Shown piece after piece: positions 25,170-36,612 of a DNA stretch of 64,000 bases (the stretch's first letter is position 1; each line of letters starts with the position of its first letter). Where the stretch lies: contig NW_027271533.1 of assembly GCF_040938485.1 (NCBI RefSeq), positions 434,001-498,000 on the forward strand. The letters are read 5' to 3'. The translations under genes were made by a program, and so were the position numbers. Source of the stretch: Diadema antillarum (Eukaryota). The notes under the pieces are model-generated. The model saw only the letters and a list, made by a program, of their open reading frames with translations. It did not search any database and was not told the origin of the DNA.

Positions 25170-26345
25170 GCAGAAGGAGAAAAATACCCGAGTTTTACAT
25201 TGACCTTTTCTATTCATGGTCCGAGTTAGTGTACATAAATATGTTCAATGTTGATGGTATAAAGAAAGAAGTTGTTAGCAATAATAGTGATATCAAATAT
25301 AATAATGAAATGTTATGTTTTCAGAGTTGGATAAAGGAAAATGTAATTACAGTGAAACAGATTATAGAAGATGGGGAAAGGAAAGACGTTACATCCATAG
25401 GCGAAACCTTCCGAGATAGGCAGCTGCTCGCCTCATTTGAATTGTTTAAGTTGAAAAAAGCATTCCCCAGATTTTGGTTGGATAGGTAACGTAACAACAT
25501 ACAAACTTCTGTCCTGCTGCGAAAAGAAGAATTTGATGTTTTGAGTTGTCAACAGGTGATAAAATCAGTGTAGAGAAAACGTCAGCTAAACATTATAGAT
25601 TATTTCCGCATAAGAAACAACAAGAACCTTCGTGTTTATACTTCTGGCAAGGTTATTTGCATCTAACATATGATTTTGATTGGAAAAGGTATTGCAATAT
25701 AAGTTCATCAGATTAATGATAGTAGAATAAAGCAATTTAATTTTACGCTTTTTCATTGAATATTGCCCAGTAAAGATAATTTGTTCAACATGTTCAAGTG
25801 GGAAATATTGAATGATAATTTGTGTACTATTTGTAATTGTAAAGAAACCACTTGTCATTTTTTGCTGAAATGCAAAAAAAAAAAATCAAAATGTATTGGA
25901 AAGTAATCTCGTTTTTACTTCGAAACATTTTCAAGCTTGTAATTGATATCAATGAAAAAGTTGTTATTCTCGGATGTGACATAGGTAACAAACTGATGAA
26001 ATTAGCAAAGTTTTTTTTTTAATTATGCCCAATTCATTGTTTACAGGAATTATGTCAGAGAACGAAATGAAGGAAACAAATGCTTGTTCAATGTACACTA
26101 TTTACTAAAAGATTTGAAGCGGAATTAAGAATTTATATCAGTTTGAAGTGCAACCAAACAAGATTTGATGACATTGGATTATTAAAGAAGAATACGTAAC
26201 TACTTTGGTTGGTATCATTGATGAACCCCTTAATTATTTTTTTCCGTCAAAATTATATGTTGAGTGCATTTTGGATACTCGTGGATAAAGTGATTGTAAA
26301 CATGTGAAGTTATGTGGAAAAGAAAGTACCTCAAATGAGGAAAAT
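25170..26345 (+). mobile_element. 5'-truncated, decayed Tx1/L1-clade LINE
   Basis: IPEFYIDLFYSWS...SNNSDIKY...FQSWIKENVITVKQII and zf-RVT-like CTICNCKETTCHFLLKC, with frameshifts and stops; AATAAA at about 26343. Confidence 0.75.
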
Positions 26346-26349
26346 AAAC

Positions 26350-26510
26350 AATAACAGTAGTAGACGTAGTAGTAGTAGGAGTAGTAGTATATAGTAGTAG
26401 TAGTAGTAGTGGTTGCGGTGGTGGTGATGGTGGTGGTGGTTGTGGTGGTAGTAGGAGCAGTCGTAGTTTTAGTCGTAGTAGTAGTAGTAGTAGAAGTAGT
26501 AGAAGCAGAT
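26350..26510. repeat. (GTA)n/(GTG)n microsatellite; matching (GTA)n at about 25085-25165
   Basis: Direct reading. Confidence 0.9.
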
Positions 26511-26555
26511 ATATCTTTTCTCCCGTTAAAGAGTATGAAGAATCAGAACATCGTT

Positions 26556-27105
26556 TTAAGTATCAGGTTTGTTTATTCTTCGTTGCTGGAAAGCACGCTC
26601 ATTGCTGTAGAAATGGCTCTCGGGGTTGTTCCTTCCTCCAGTTTTCTGCGAAGGGTCCCTCTGTGGTGGCTCACCATCGTCAACACGGCCTTCGCCAACC
26701 GCATCCGGTGCTGCGGTGTCGTCATAAAGGTGATTTAGATCTCCAGTTGTTGATTGTACGGTACTGACGCCAGAATCACTGACTATACTGCTGTTAAAGT
26801 GACCGGGAGTACTTTCCGCGTTCTCATCATCTCGGTGAAACTGGAGATCATTCGCTTGCCCAAAGGCGCTGTACTCACTCGAGAAGCTGGCGTTTCTCCG
26901 CAGCGGTGGTCCCAAACTCGTCCCAGATGGCGCCCCCACGTAACCGGCTCGTCTAACGGAAGCGGTAAAAGTGGGATAGTCGTACGTGTGCTGGACAAGT
27001 TCCTCCCCCGTCCTCCCGCTCTCCTGGAAGGGTCCTGTTCCCATGGCAACGAGTGCATTATCCCTCTGTCTCTTTTGTTTGGCACTTCTGTAGGCAACCC
27101 AGCAA
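26556..27105 (-). CDS. Gene B exon 10, cytoplasmic tail
   Basis: CWVAYRSAKQKRQR basic stop-transfer, then an open frame to TAA with YDYP, YSAF, YDDT and YSNE motifs. Confidence 0.85.
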
Positions 27106-28136
27106 CTGATAATGAAGATCAGAGAAATTAATCATTAACCATCTGCGTGCCACGTAGATTTCCAGTCTATATGTACAGTATGTGGATTAGTTCATATTGG
27201 AATCACTGGCACTAAAAGGGTTAAGTCATCGCCTACAACTTTTCATCTTCAGCGAAAGCGACAACTTATTCGCCCGGAAGTCGCGGAGAAGTCGCCGCAA
27301 CGTCTTCGGTAGGTCGCCAATGGGCCTCCGCAACGGGTCGTGGGGACGTCGCGGAGAGGTTTTCGAGACTGGCATCAGAAGAAACGAAACATGTTTGATA
27401 CTCTTATGACACTCTGGAGCCCAGGCTAGCCTCTGGGAAACGTCTTCGCGACGTCCCCGCGAGAGACCAGCGAATCGTCTCCAGTTTGCCTCCTAGTCTC
27501 TTAGCCAATGAGATAACCACTTAACATGCTTTTAAAAGCTCTCTTTTTCTCAAAAAAAAAATGTTAAAAGGTGAGATTGTATAGCAAATTTCTATGCTAT
27601 GTATATTACTATTATGAAAAGATACTATTCATCTTATGATATGATGTTTCTTCCAAACACATGTCCACTTACCAAAATACGATCAAAGCAGTACAAATCA
27701 ATGTCGCACAGATAACCCCGAACACGACACCAGCGGATAAATATCCTGGTGAATCTATCATCAAAGAATCGAATATTTTGGAGAAGAAAAAAATGCGATA
27801 CTAATTTAGCACATAATCAACCTGATAGTACATAGGGAAGGAGTACAGAATATGTAAATGCATACTCACACACTATTGAAAAGCATGAGTTAAGAATATT
27901 TCATATACACCATCTACTTGTAGGACAACATAATAAAGACACGACATTTTTACATTGTTCATTCACAATCAGGTACACACCAACAAAGAAGAACTTCAAA
28001 TACAAATTTCAAACCATTCTATTTATTCTTTGGTTGACTTTACATGAAAGACATTATGTCCTTAATAAGAACGTTAATGCATTTTTAAAATTTGCCTCTT
28101 CAGGAATCTGTGATATTAGATCCAACCAACGCAAAC

Positions 28137-28168
<32 letters not shown>

Positions 28169-29927
28169 GATTTTAAAAAAGAAGGCGATAATATTATCAC
28201 TTTATTAATTCCCGATCATCTTGTATACAACAAACCGTCATTAGATATTTTTCTTTGATTAAAAAGAAAAAGATGATGCAGATTTCCTAAATCTTTAGGA
28301 TCAAGTTATTGTAGTGTTTTAAATAGCCTAGCAACTATGACTTTGTGTGAAAAGAGTTCGTAATAAATTGCTTGTTCTGTGATTTTGATTATATTTTCAA
28401 ATTTGGTGTTCTAACCCAATAGGAGAAGTGTAAGGAGATGAAATGAGTGCGTCGCCTAGTATCCTGTAGTTTCAACTAATATTAATGTTGGATGAAACAT
28501 GACGGTGAACCATTAAATTCTCTTAACTTTAAAAGGTCCAATATGACGAAACTTCTGTTATTCTTTTTATCTAATTTTACTCTCCCTTGTAACAGTCGAC
28601 TTCTTTTGGTGTTGAATCAGAGTTTCCCTCCGAATGAACTTGCAAAGTCTGCATGGGGGTATTTTACGGCGTGAAGAAGTGTCGAAAAAAAAGTAGTTTC
28701 ATTCGGTAAAAAGGCAAATCTAACTTTGACATAAGGGTGAACACAATATGAAGGACATTCATTGAAATAGGAAGGAAATCAAGCGTTCTCCTCATTTCCG
28801 TAGGAAACGATAAGGTATCTGATTGATATCTCACCGACAGAATGACGGATGCACTCAGGTACAGTCCCATTCCAAGTGAACGATGTAGTATTTTCCACGA
28901 CGCACTGCAGGATCTCGTCACCCATCAACAGGTAGTCATGGCTACAGCTGAAGAAAGCCACACCTCCTAATAGGTATGACGTCACATTCACCGACCCGTT
29001 CATAGGAGCCTGGAGCTCTTCGCACGAACCTAATTGTGAAAAATAAAACAGGAATTGGTATGACGTCACGAACATAGTGAAGACAATGGGGTCGGCATGT
29101 GAAATGCGTCGCATGCAAGAAAGGCTGAAGAACTCTCACCGACATGACCGACGCACACCGGAATAGTCCCATTCCAAGAGAACGTGGTAGTGTTTTCCAA
29201 AATGCACGTCAAGACATAGTCACCTTCCAACACATAGTTATAGTTACAGCCGAAGAAGACCACGTCTCCTATGAGGAATGACGTAAAATCCACCCATCCG
29301 TTCGCAGGTGCCTCAAGCTTTTTGCACGATCCTATAATTGTGAAATAATGTGAGTGAGTATGACGTCATAATTACGTACGACGGAGACAATTTCTGCACG
29401 CTGCCACGAGTTCGACATCCACGAGTTATACAGCCCACGAGTCATACACAGCCCATGAGCTCGACACTTTGGCAAATAAAAAGGCCCATGATGCAATGTC
29501 TCTCTGGTGTGCATATTTCGCCTAGTGTCGAACGCGTGGGCCTTGTTTGCCTACAGTCGGACTCATGGGCTTTATTTGCCTAGTGTGGAGCTCATGGGCT
29601 GTATGACTCATGGACGTTTGTTCAACGTCGAACTCGTGGGCTTATGGGTGTCGGTCTCGTGAGATGACCCTGAGACAATCACATGCACTTTGGTAACGCT
29701 GCACCAGGATTAGGACAAGAACCTGCAATGGCTGCTGGGCGAAAGCCCCGGGAGTCGGTAGTCCGATGGATATGACGCATACCAATCGGGAGATTGTTGG
29801 TTCGAGTCTATGGATATACTACAATAACACTGAATAATCAATGCTTATTGTTTGGTAATAATTTGTCAGTCAGTAGCAATTAAAAAAGCGATTTCTTTCT
29901 TTTTTGTGTTGTTCGTCTTTCTGCCTA

Positions 29928-29963
<36 letters not shown>

Positions 29964-32900
29964 CTGTTTCTTTTATTTTTCTTTCTTCATTTACCTAAAT
30001 ACGTCTACATCTGCATATCTATTTGTCTATCTATCTATCTATATTTTTATTGTTACTGTTGTTATCCCCATCCACTTTCTTTTTTTCATACAGCCCTTTG
30101 AGATGATTATACACATGTACATGGTCATGAGTTGTCATGTAAACTCAGTATTGTATTGTTTGTTGCTACTTTTAATCACAGTCGCATTTTTGTTTATACG
30201 TTACCTTATTGTGGAAAATTGAATAAATTGAAATCGATTTTTTTTTCTTTTGAATTAGTGGTCAGATAATCAGTTATGTCCTGTCCAAATTCGAGCGATC
30301 TAATTACCCCCCGAAAATGAAGCCGCCACATCAAGTAGAGGGAAAGATTTTCCTATTTCATATAGTGCATTGGCTGCATTTTCAGTTTTTGTTCTTTTTC
30401 TGTTCTTTCTTTTTTTTTTTTGCTCTCCTGAACATTTGAAATTTTGTAGATACGAAGTCTTGTCGCCTCAGCAACGCGATGACTGGCTATCTATCCATCT
30501 CTCTGTTCCTAAGATGCCTGGTCTGGTCGGGAACTAAATCACTCTCTCGAGTCAAATTACGATACCATTCTGATGAGGCAACTGACACCTCCTGTGGGGA
30601 GTTATTTAGCTGTCTGTAGTGTCTGATGTAATTCCATAGAACGTAGTTAAGTGTAGTTTAGACATTAAAGAATAGGTGCACGTCACGAGACCGACACCCA
30701 TGAGTCATACAGCCCACGAGTTATACAGCCCACGAGTTTACAGCCCATGAGTTCGACACTCAGCAAACAAGGCCCATCGTGAAGAGGCAGACACATTAAA
30801 CCCCGTGTTGTACCTGTCAAACTCATGAGCTGTTTTTACCTATTGTCAAACTCATGGGCTTTATCTGCCTACTGTCGAAACTCGTTGGCTGTATGACTCA
30901 TGGGTGTCGATCTGGTGGGATTACCCCTTGTAGAACGTCTACCCATGTATTTATACTGTCCCCAATCCCCACGACATGGTCACAGGAATAGATCCCCATA
31001 GTTGCCCTGTTGCTATCTCTGACGAACTATAGAGTTCTTGCATATGTGAGATACTGCCCCCTGCACACAGTTTCAAAAATCAAATCCATATTTGTACGAA
31101 CAATTACTCACCTATGCATGTTGGAATGTTTCCTTTCCACTGGAGTGATTGCGCGTCCGTTCCAAGGCACTGGACGTGCGCGTCCTCGCTCAGCTCGTAG
31201 CCGTCGTCACAGCCGAAGTGCGCCACACCTCCGTAACGGTTCGATGCAATGTGCGTGAAACCGTTAATCGGGGGAGGAAGCTCGTCGCAAAATCCTTCGT
31301 TGGCACGAAAAACTGGAAGTGAGACGAAGGTGAATAACATTTTGCAGCTCGAAATTCGTGACATTATACTGTTACACATACAGTGGAACGTTCTGTCGAA
31401 TTACATCAGACACTATAGACAGCTGAATAACTCTCCACAGGAGGTGTCAGTTGCCTCATCAGAATGGTATTGTTATTAAACTCGAGAGAGTAATTTAGTT
31501 CCCGTAAGAGACCAGGCATCTCAGAATCAGATAGATGGATAGATAGCCACTTGTTACAAGGATTTTTGCGAGGATATTTGACCGAAAGCAAAATTCTCTG
31601 CGGCACTACTGACGCTCATTTTACAAATTCGGGGAGCCGTTCATTCCCCGGTACTTTTGTTTGTTTGTTGTTTGTTTGTTTGTTTGTTTTTGGGAGGTGG
31701 TTGGGGGGGGGGGTTCAATGTTGATAATGCTATAAACATCTTTATAAATGATTTTATATTAAATATGTATACGGTATTTTATTTCGAGTGGTTTTTTATT
31801 TCCATTTCATTCGTTGAATTGAATTCATCGATTTGAACACATATAATGTACAAAACAATTATAATACACATGCAAACAAAATGATATGAATTTATGAAAT
31901 GATTTCAGGATTACTTGAAGAGCGTTCCTTGCTATGTAGCAATTGAGAAATCAATGGAAAGGCACCTACATTTTTCTCTATCTGATGATGGGCTGACTTT
32001 AAAACGTTTAAATATGTTGCTTGGCCCGTTTTGTGATGAAGCTCTTCATTATTTCGCAAGAAAGTGATTGCAATAAAATGAACCACGGTATTTTTTAGAA
32101 TAGTGTCTAAAATATATGATATAACACCTCTATCGCCCTTTGAAAATTTGAGCAAACTTTTACATCTTGTAATTATGGGGTTAAGGCTACCGTAAATGAT
32201 TTGATGCTCACGAAAAGAGATGCCCTTTTTCATATGACCAAGGAGAACAATATACAGCTAGTAGGCCAACACCCTCTCAGTACGGCTCTAGTGCCTGGCT
32301 TTTAAGTAGGCCTACCTGTGTAATACGCCTCGGTACTGCCAGCTGCCCCAGGTCCACCGCAGGCCTGGAACCGGTTCCCGGGGCAGATGGTACTGCACTG
32401 CTCATCCTCTGCCTCAACAAGGCCAAAGCCTGCAATCGTGTGGATGCACACACACTCACCACGGCCCAAGGCGGCAAACGGATAGCCATTGATTCTGAAA
32501 AGCAGGATTCAGTTTGATTTTCTTCTGTAATATCGAAGGATAAAACACTGGTACACACGCCCACAAATAGACATATTTTTTGAGATACATACGCTGTTGC
32601 GTGGTTGCTTTATCAATTACAGTGAGTTCATCCAACACGTGTCCAATCAGGAGGTGGATGAATATGATCACGTGATATTAGACCATTTTTAATGCTTTCC
32701 CATGGGCATAATATCGAATGTCTTTGTCCCTGGAGAAGAACGTTATAGATATGTTATGCGAATACTAATGACAAAGAGAATAGAAAACCATGGGTGAAAC
32801 TTAAGGCGAAAGCAGCAGGATAGAATTGTATGTTCATAAGCAGGCTTTAAAAGGGGTGTGCAAATAATATGGGTGTCATGCTTGCTGTTGGCCAAATGGT

Positions 32901-35900
32901 GACGCAGGGCAAGATGGCTAACACGTATTTAAAAATCGCATCATCAACATACAAAGTTCCAAGTTCGGAATTGTTATAGGCCCTACTCATACTTTGACAT
33001 ACACATGTACTTATGCTCCCACGCACAAATATATTCATATAACTATAATCATCTAATTGAGATATCCCAACTATTCTACTTCAAAGGGACTTCATTTTAC
33101 ACTTCGATCCCTGAAAAAATTAGAGATTCAAATCTCATCGACGGTAAGCAACACGTACAAACATATATCAAATATCATTTCATATGAAACATCGAATTGT
33201 GTATACATGTTCATGTATAGCCTAATAGCCTTAAAAAGGGAAAGAAAACAGTAAGAGAAATCTACTATGGAAAAGCAGTCACCGGTTAGGAACTGACTTT
33301 CCCCGAGTCTTTACCTGCATGCTTCTATGCAGTCATCGTTGCTGTTGGAAGCATTGGAACGCGTGAGGGCGTTTGTTCCGTCTGGTCGAATGTCGTCCAT
33401 GCGGAAACACCCTTCGTATCCATAAACTGATTTTTACAAAACAGAACCAACGGAGAGAGGAAAGTACTGGGAGTGGCATTACTTTGATCTCATGTACGAT
33501 AATTGTGGCCCGTCACTACGAGCAGTGGCGTATCTAGGGGGGGGGGGGGGGGGGGCAAGGGGGGCACGTGCCCCGGGCGCCACTCCTTGGGGGCGCAAAA
33601 AACGAAAAAAAAAAAGCGAAGAAAAGAAGAGAAAAAAAAACGAAGAAGAAGAAGAAAAAAAAAACGAAGAAGAAGAAGAAGAAAAAAAAAAACTCGCCCG
33701 GAAAGGGGGGGGGGAGGGAGAATGATGGGGGGGGGGGGGGCAGAAAACCAAATCAAACAAGGTAAAAACAAAACGTGACGACGCGGACAAAATGACAATG
33801 TCTATTGTGTTCACACAGTCATGTCATCTAATATTTAGCAGGCAAAATGTTTCACTAAGCAGCGGCTGCAATTTCTTTCGTTCTGAAGGCGATCGCCGAT
33901 TGGATCAAAAGAGGACGCTAGCGGTTTCGAACATACGGGGGGGGGGCGCAAAAAAAAATCAAAAAAGATAAGAACAAAACGTAATGATGACGCGGAAATA
34001 TACAAATTTCGGCTTCACTTTGTTGGTATAAATCGTTATCTATAAGGTCGTCACTATATCTTGATTAGAATTGTAAGATTTAATAAGCAAAAAATGACAA
34101 GAATTCCATGTTTTGTAAGCTGAAATACAAAAATTTTCGGCTCGCTCGCTGCGCTCGCTCGCCAAAATTTATATATATTATTATAAAAAAAGAGAGATAA
34201 GAACAAAACGTGATGATGACGCAGAAATATACAAATTTCGGCTCACTCGCGCGCACTAATTCAGAGTATTTTTTTAAAGTCCTCAGTTTGTTGGTATAAA
34301 TCGTTATCTATAAGGCCGTCACTATATCTTGATTAGAATTGTAAGATTTAATAAGCAAAAAATGACAAAAATTCCATGTTTTGTAAGCTGAAATACAACA
34401 ATCTTGGGCTCGCTCGCCAAATTTTATATATATTATTATAAAAAAAGAGAGATAAGAACAAAACGTGATGATGACGCAGAAATATACAAACTTCGGCTCA
34501 CTCGCGCGCACTAATTTAGAGTATTTTTTAAAGTCCTCAGTTTGTTGGTATAAATCGTTATCTATAAGGCCGTCACTATATCTTGATTAGAATTGTAAGA
34601 TTTGATAAGCAAAAAATGGCAAGAATTCCATGTTTTGTAAGCTGAAATACAAAAAATTTCGGCTCGCTCGCTGCGCTCGCTCGTCAAAATTTATCAAAAT
34701 TCGCTACATTTAAATCACCCTCAAAAGACCCCTTTTAAGTGCTTGAAAAAAGCATATCATGTAGACTTTGTTTAAAATCCCTACCGGGATGGGGTTGGGG
34801 TTGAACACTTTTTCAGAAATTAGGGGCGCAATTTTCGCGCTTGCCCCGGGCGCCGTTTCCCCTAGATACGCCACTGACTACGAGAGTCTGAAAAAGTGAA
34901 TGATTATTGAATCTCTGATTTGAGAAGTAAGGCGGCCACGAGAGGAATACAATATATTTGATGTTTCAAATATAATACAGAGTCGGCTTTGCACTTTGAA
35001 TAAGTGTCCAGTAGAGTCGGCATAAAGAAATAGGATCACCAAGACAACGTGTTGTAAGATGAGCCATTCAAAATGTTCTACATTTGAAAACAACCCCTCG
35101 TCACCCAGTCTAGAATCTACCTGTAGACCTAAATAGTATTTCAGGTTGGGCCGACTAATAACATATCAGGCAAAGATCTTTGTGCACGTGTTTTTTGTTT
35201 GTTTGTTTGATGGATTGATTGTTCTTTCGTTTGTTTGTTTGTTTGTTTGTTTGTTTGTTTGTTTTTTAATAGGAGAAAATATCCTTGATTTGAATTCCGT
35301 GCGTCTGAAAATTTACGGGAGAAAGATCTCCGTCGTGTTACAATGGTTTAGGAGCTAGAGTTTATTAGAGTGGACTTCCGGGCCATATTATGTCTCACCG
35401 TGCAGGTGATGATTTAAGGAAACATTGCTGAATGAAATTATGTTAAGATGGTCCATTATACCCATCATGCAATATATTATTATATTGCATGAACATCGAG
35501 CAGACGGCTGTCACGTGATACTAGTAAAGCGAACGAGGCTTACAGTAACAATCTTTACAGTGAGAGGGCGACGCGACGTCGCATCGTTCGTTGCTGGCTG
35601 TTTTGATGATAATATACAATAATCATATCAAGGGCCTTTAAAGAAGGCTAGTGCCCGCGCATCAATAGGGCTCACACCTGTGAATATAATGGAATGTCCC
35701 TGACCGCTTCACAAAATCGTACCAGAGACACTAAAATAAATGAAGAAAAAAAATTAATTAAAAATCAGAAATGCAGTTTGACAAAAACTGAATAGCTTCA
35801 GATATTGAGTATGAAGTCCTTTACAATAAGCTTTTCTCAATTTGAAGGGACTATTGATTGGGTGCATGTACAGAAAATAGGTGATTTTCTTAGTGAAAAG

Positions 35901-36580
35901 AACTCGTAGTCTGGCTTTGCGAACCCTTGGACAGAGTTTGAGCTGAAGAACTCCCCCCCCCCCCCCCCCCCCCCCCTTGGAATTTCGATGGATGAAAGGG
36001 CATATCTCACTTTGTCAGGTTAGTGAAGATGAGACACCTCATTTCTCCCAGCTATTTTACAGATTTTTTTGAATTTTTAATTTTTAATTTTAAAGCACGT
36101 CTCTATGGGGAAATATTTACCCGTGTGAGCCCTTTACCGCTCTCAACGGTTGTTTCAGTGGTATGACACTGAAGACCCGGATGTAACGTGACTGAAGGAT
36201 AAATTACTAAGTAGTCGATCTACGAATAACGATGACCACATGCTTATGGTTCCATTTCGTGATTATATCGAACAATAATGTTCTTAATAAGGTCGCGTGC
36301 TTCTCCTTACTGCTTGCTGTTTTCATTTCCGGTACAGTGTAGTGCCATTCATACTGGCCTTTGTTAGTCTTGGTGTATCCATATTCCATTTATTCATGTT
36401 CAATAATCGATACAAAGTTCTCTTTACCTCGCATTGGGTCCATTATAGCGCAACCAATAACGCAACACTACACATGAAAGCAATATAGATAGAATGAAAA
36501 ATAATACACACAATAAAAATTGAATGCTCATGGAGGAAACTTACAACAACGACAACATTATCATCATCATCATCGTCATC

Positions 36581-36612
<32 letters not shown>

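Larger units (their letters stand above)
30484..31549. repeat. About 160-bp inverted repeat, arms 30484-30644 and 31388-31549
   Basis: Manual alignment gives about 18 differences in 162 bp, including an exact 27-bp block ataccattctgatgaggcaactgacac. Confidence 0.9.

Noticed and set aside
29755-29812. tRNA-like A and B boxes (TAGTCCGATGG, GGTTCGAGTC)
   Set aside because: No acceptor stem or full cloverleaf; at most a decayed SINE head.
30570-30580. CTGATGAG hammerhead-ribozyme-like core in the inverted repeat arm
   Set aside because: No downstream GAAA core or stem II pairing found by eye.
32590-32731. Exon-like block with a good acceptor and GTATGT donor between gene B exons 4 and 5
   Set aside because: All three frames contain stops, and exons 4 and 5 already join in phase.
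33479-33814. Overlapping Lys/Glu/Gly-rich ORFs
   Set aside because: Low-complexity interior of the hAT element; no transposase motifs.
35953-35977. Long C/G homopolymers and G-quadruplex-like runs (also 17560-17583, 33536-33555, 57789-57813)
   Set aside because: Common low-complexity features with unreliable lengths and no positional pattern.
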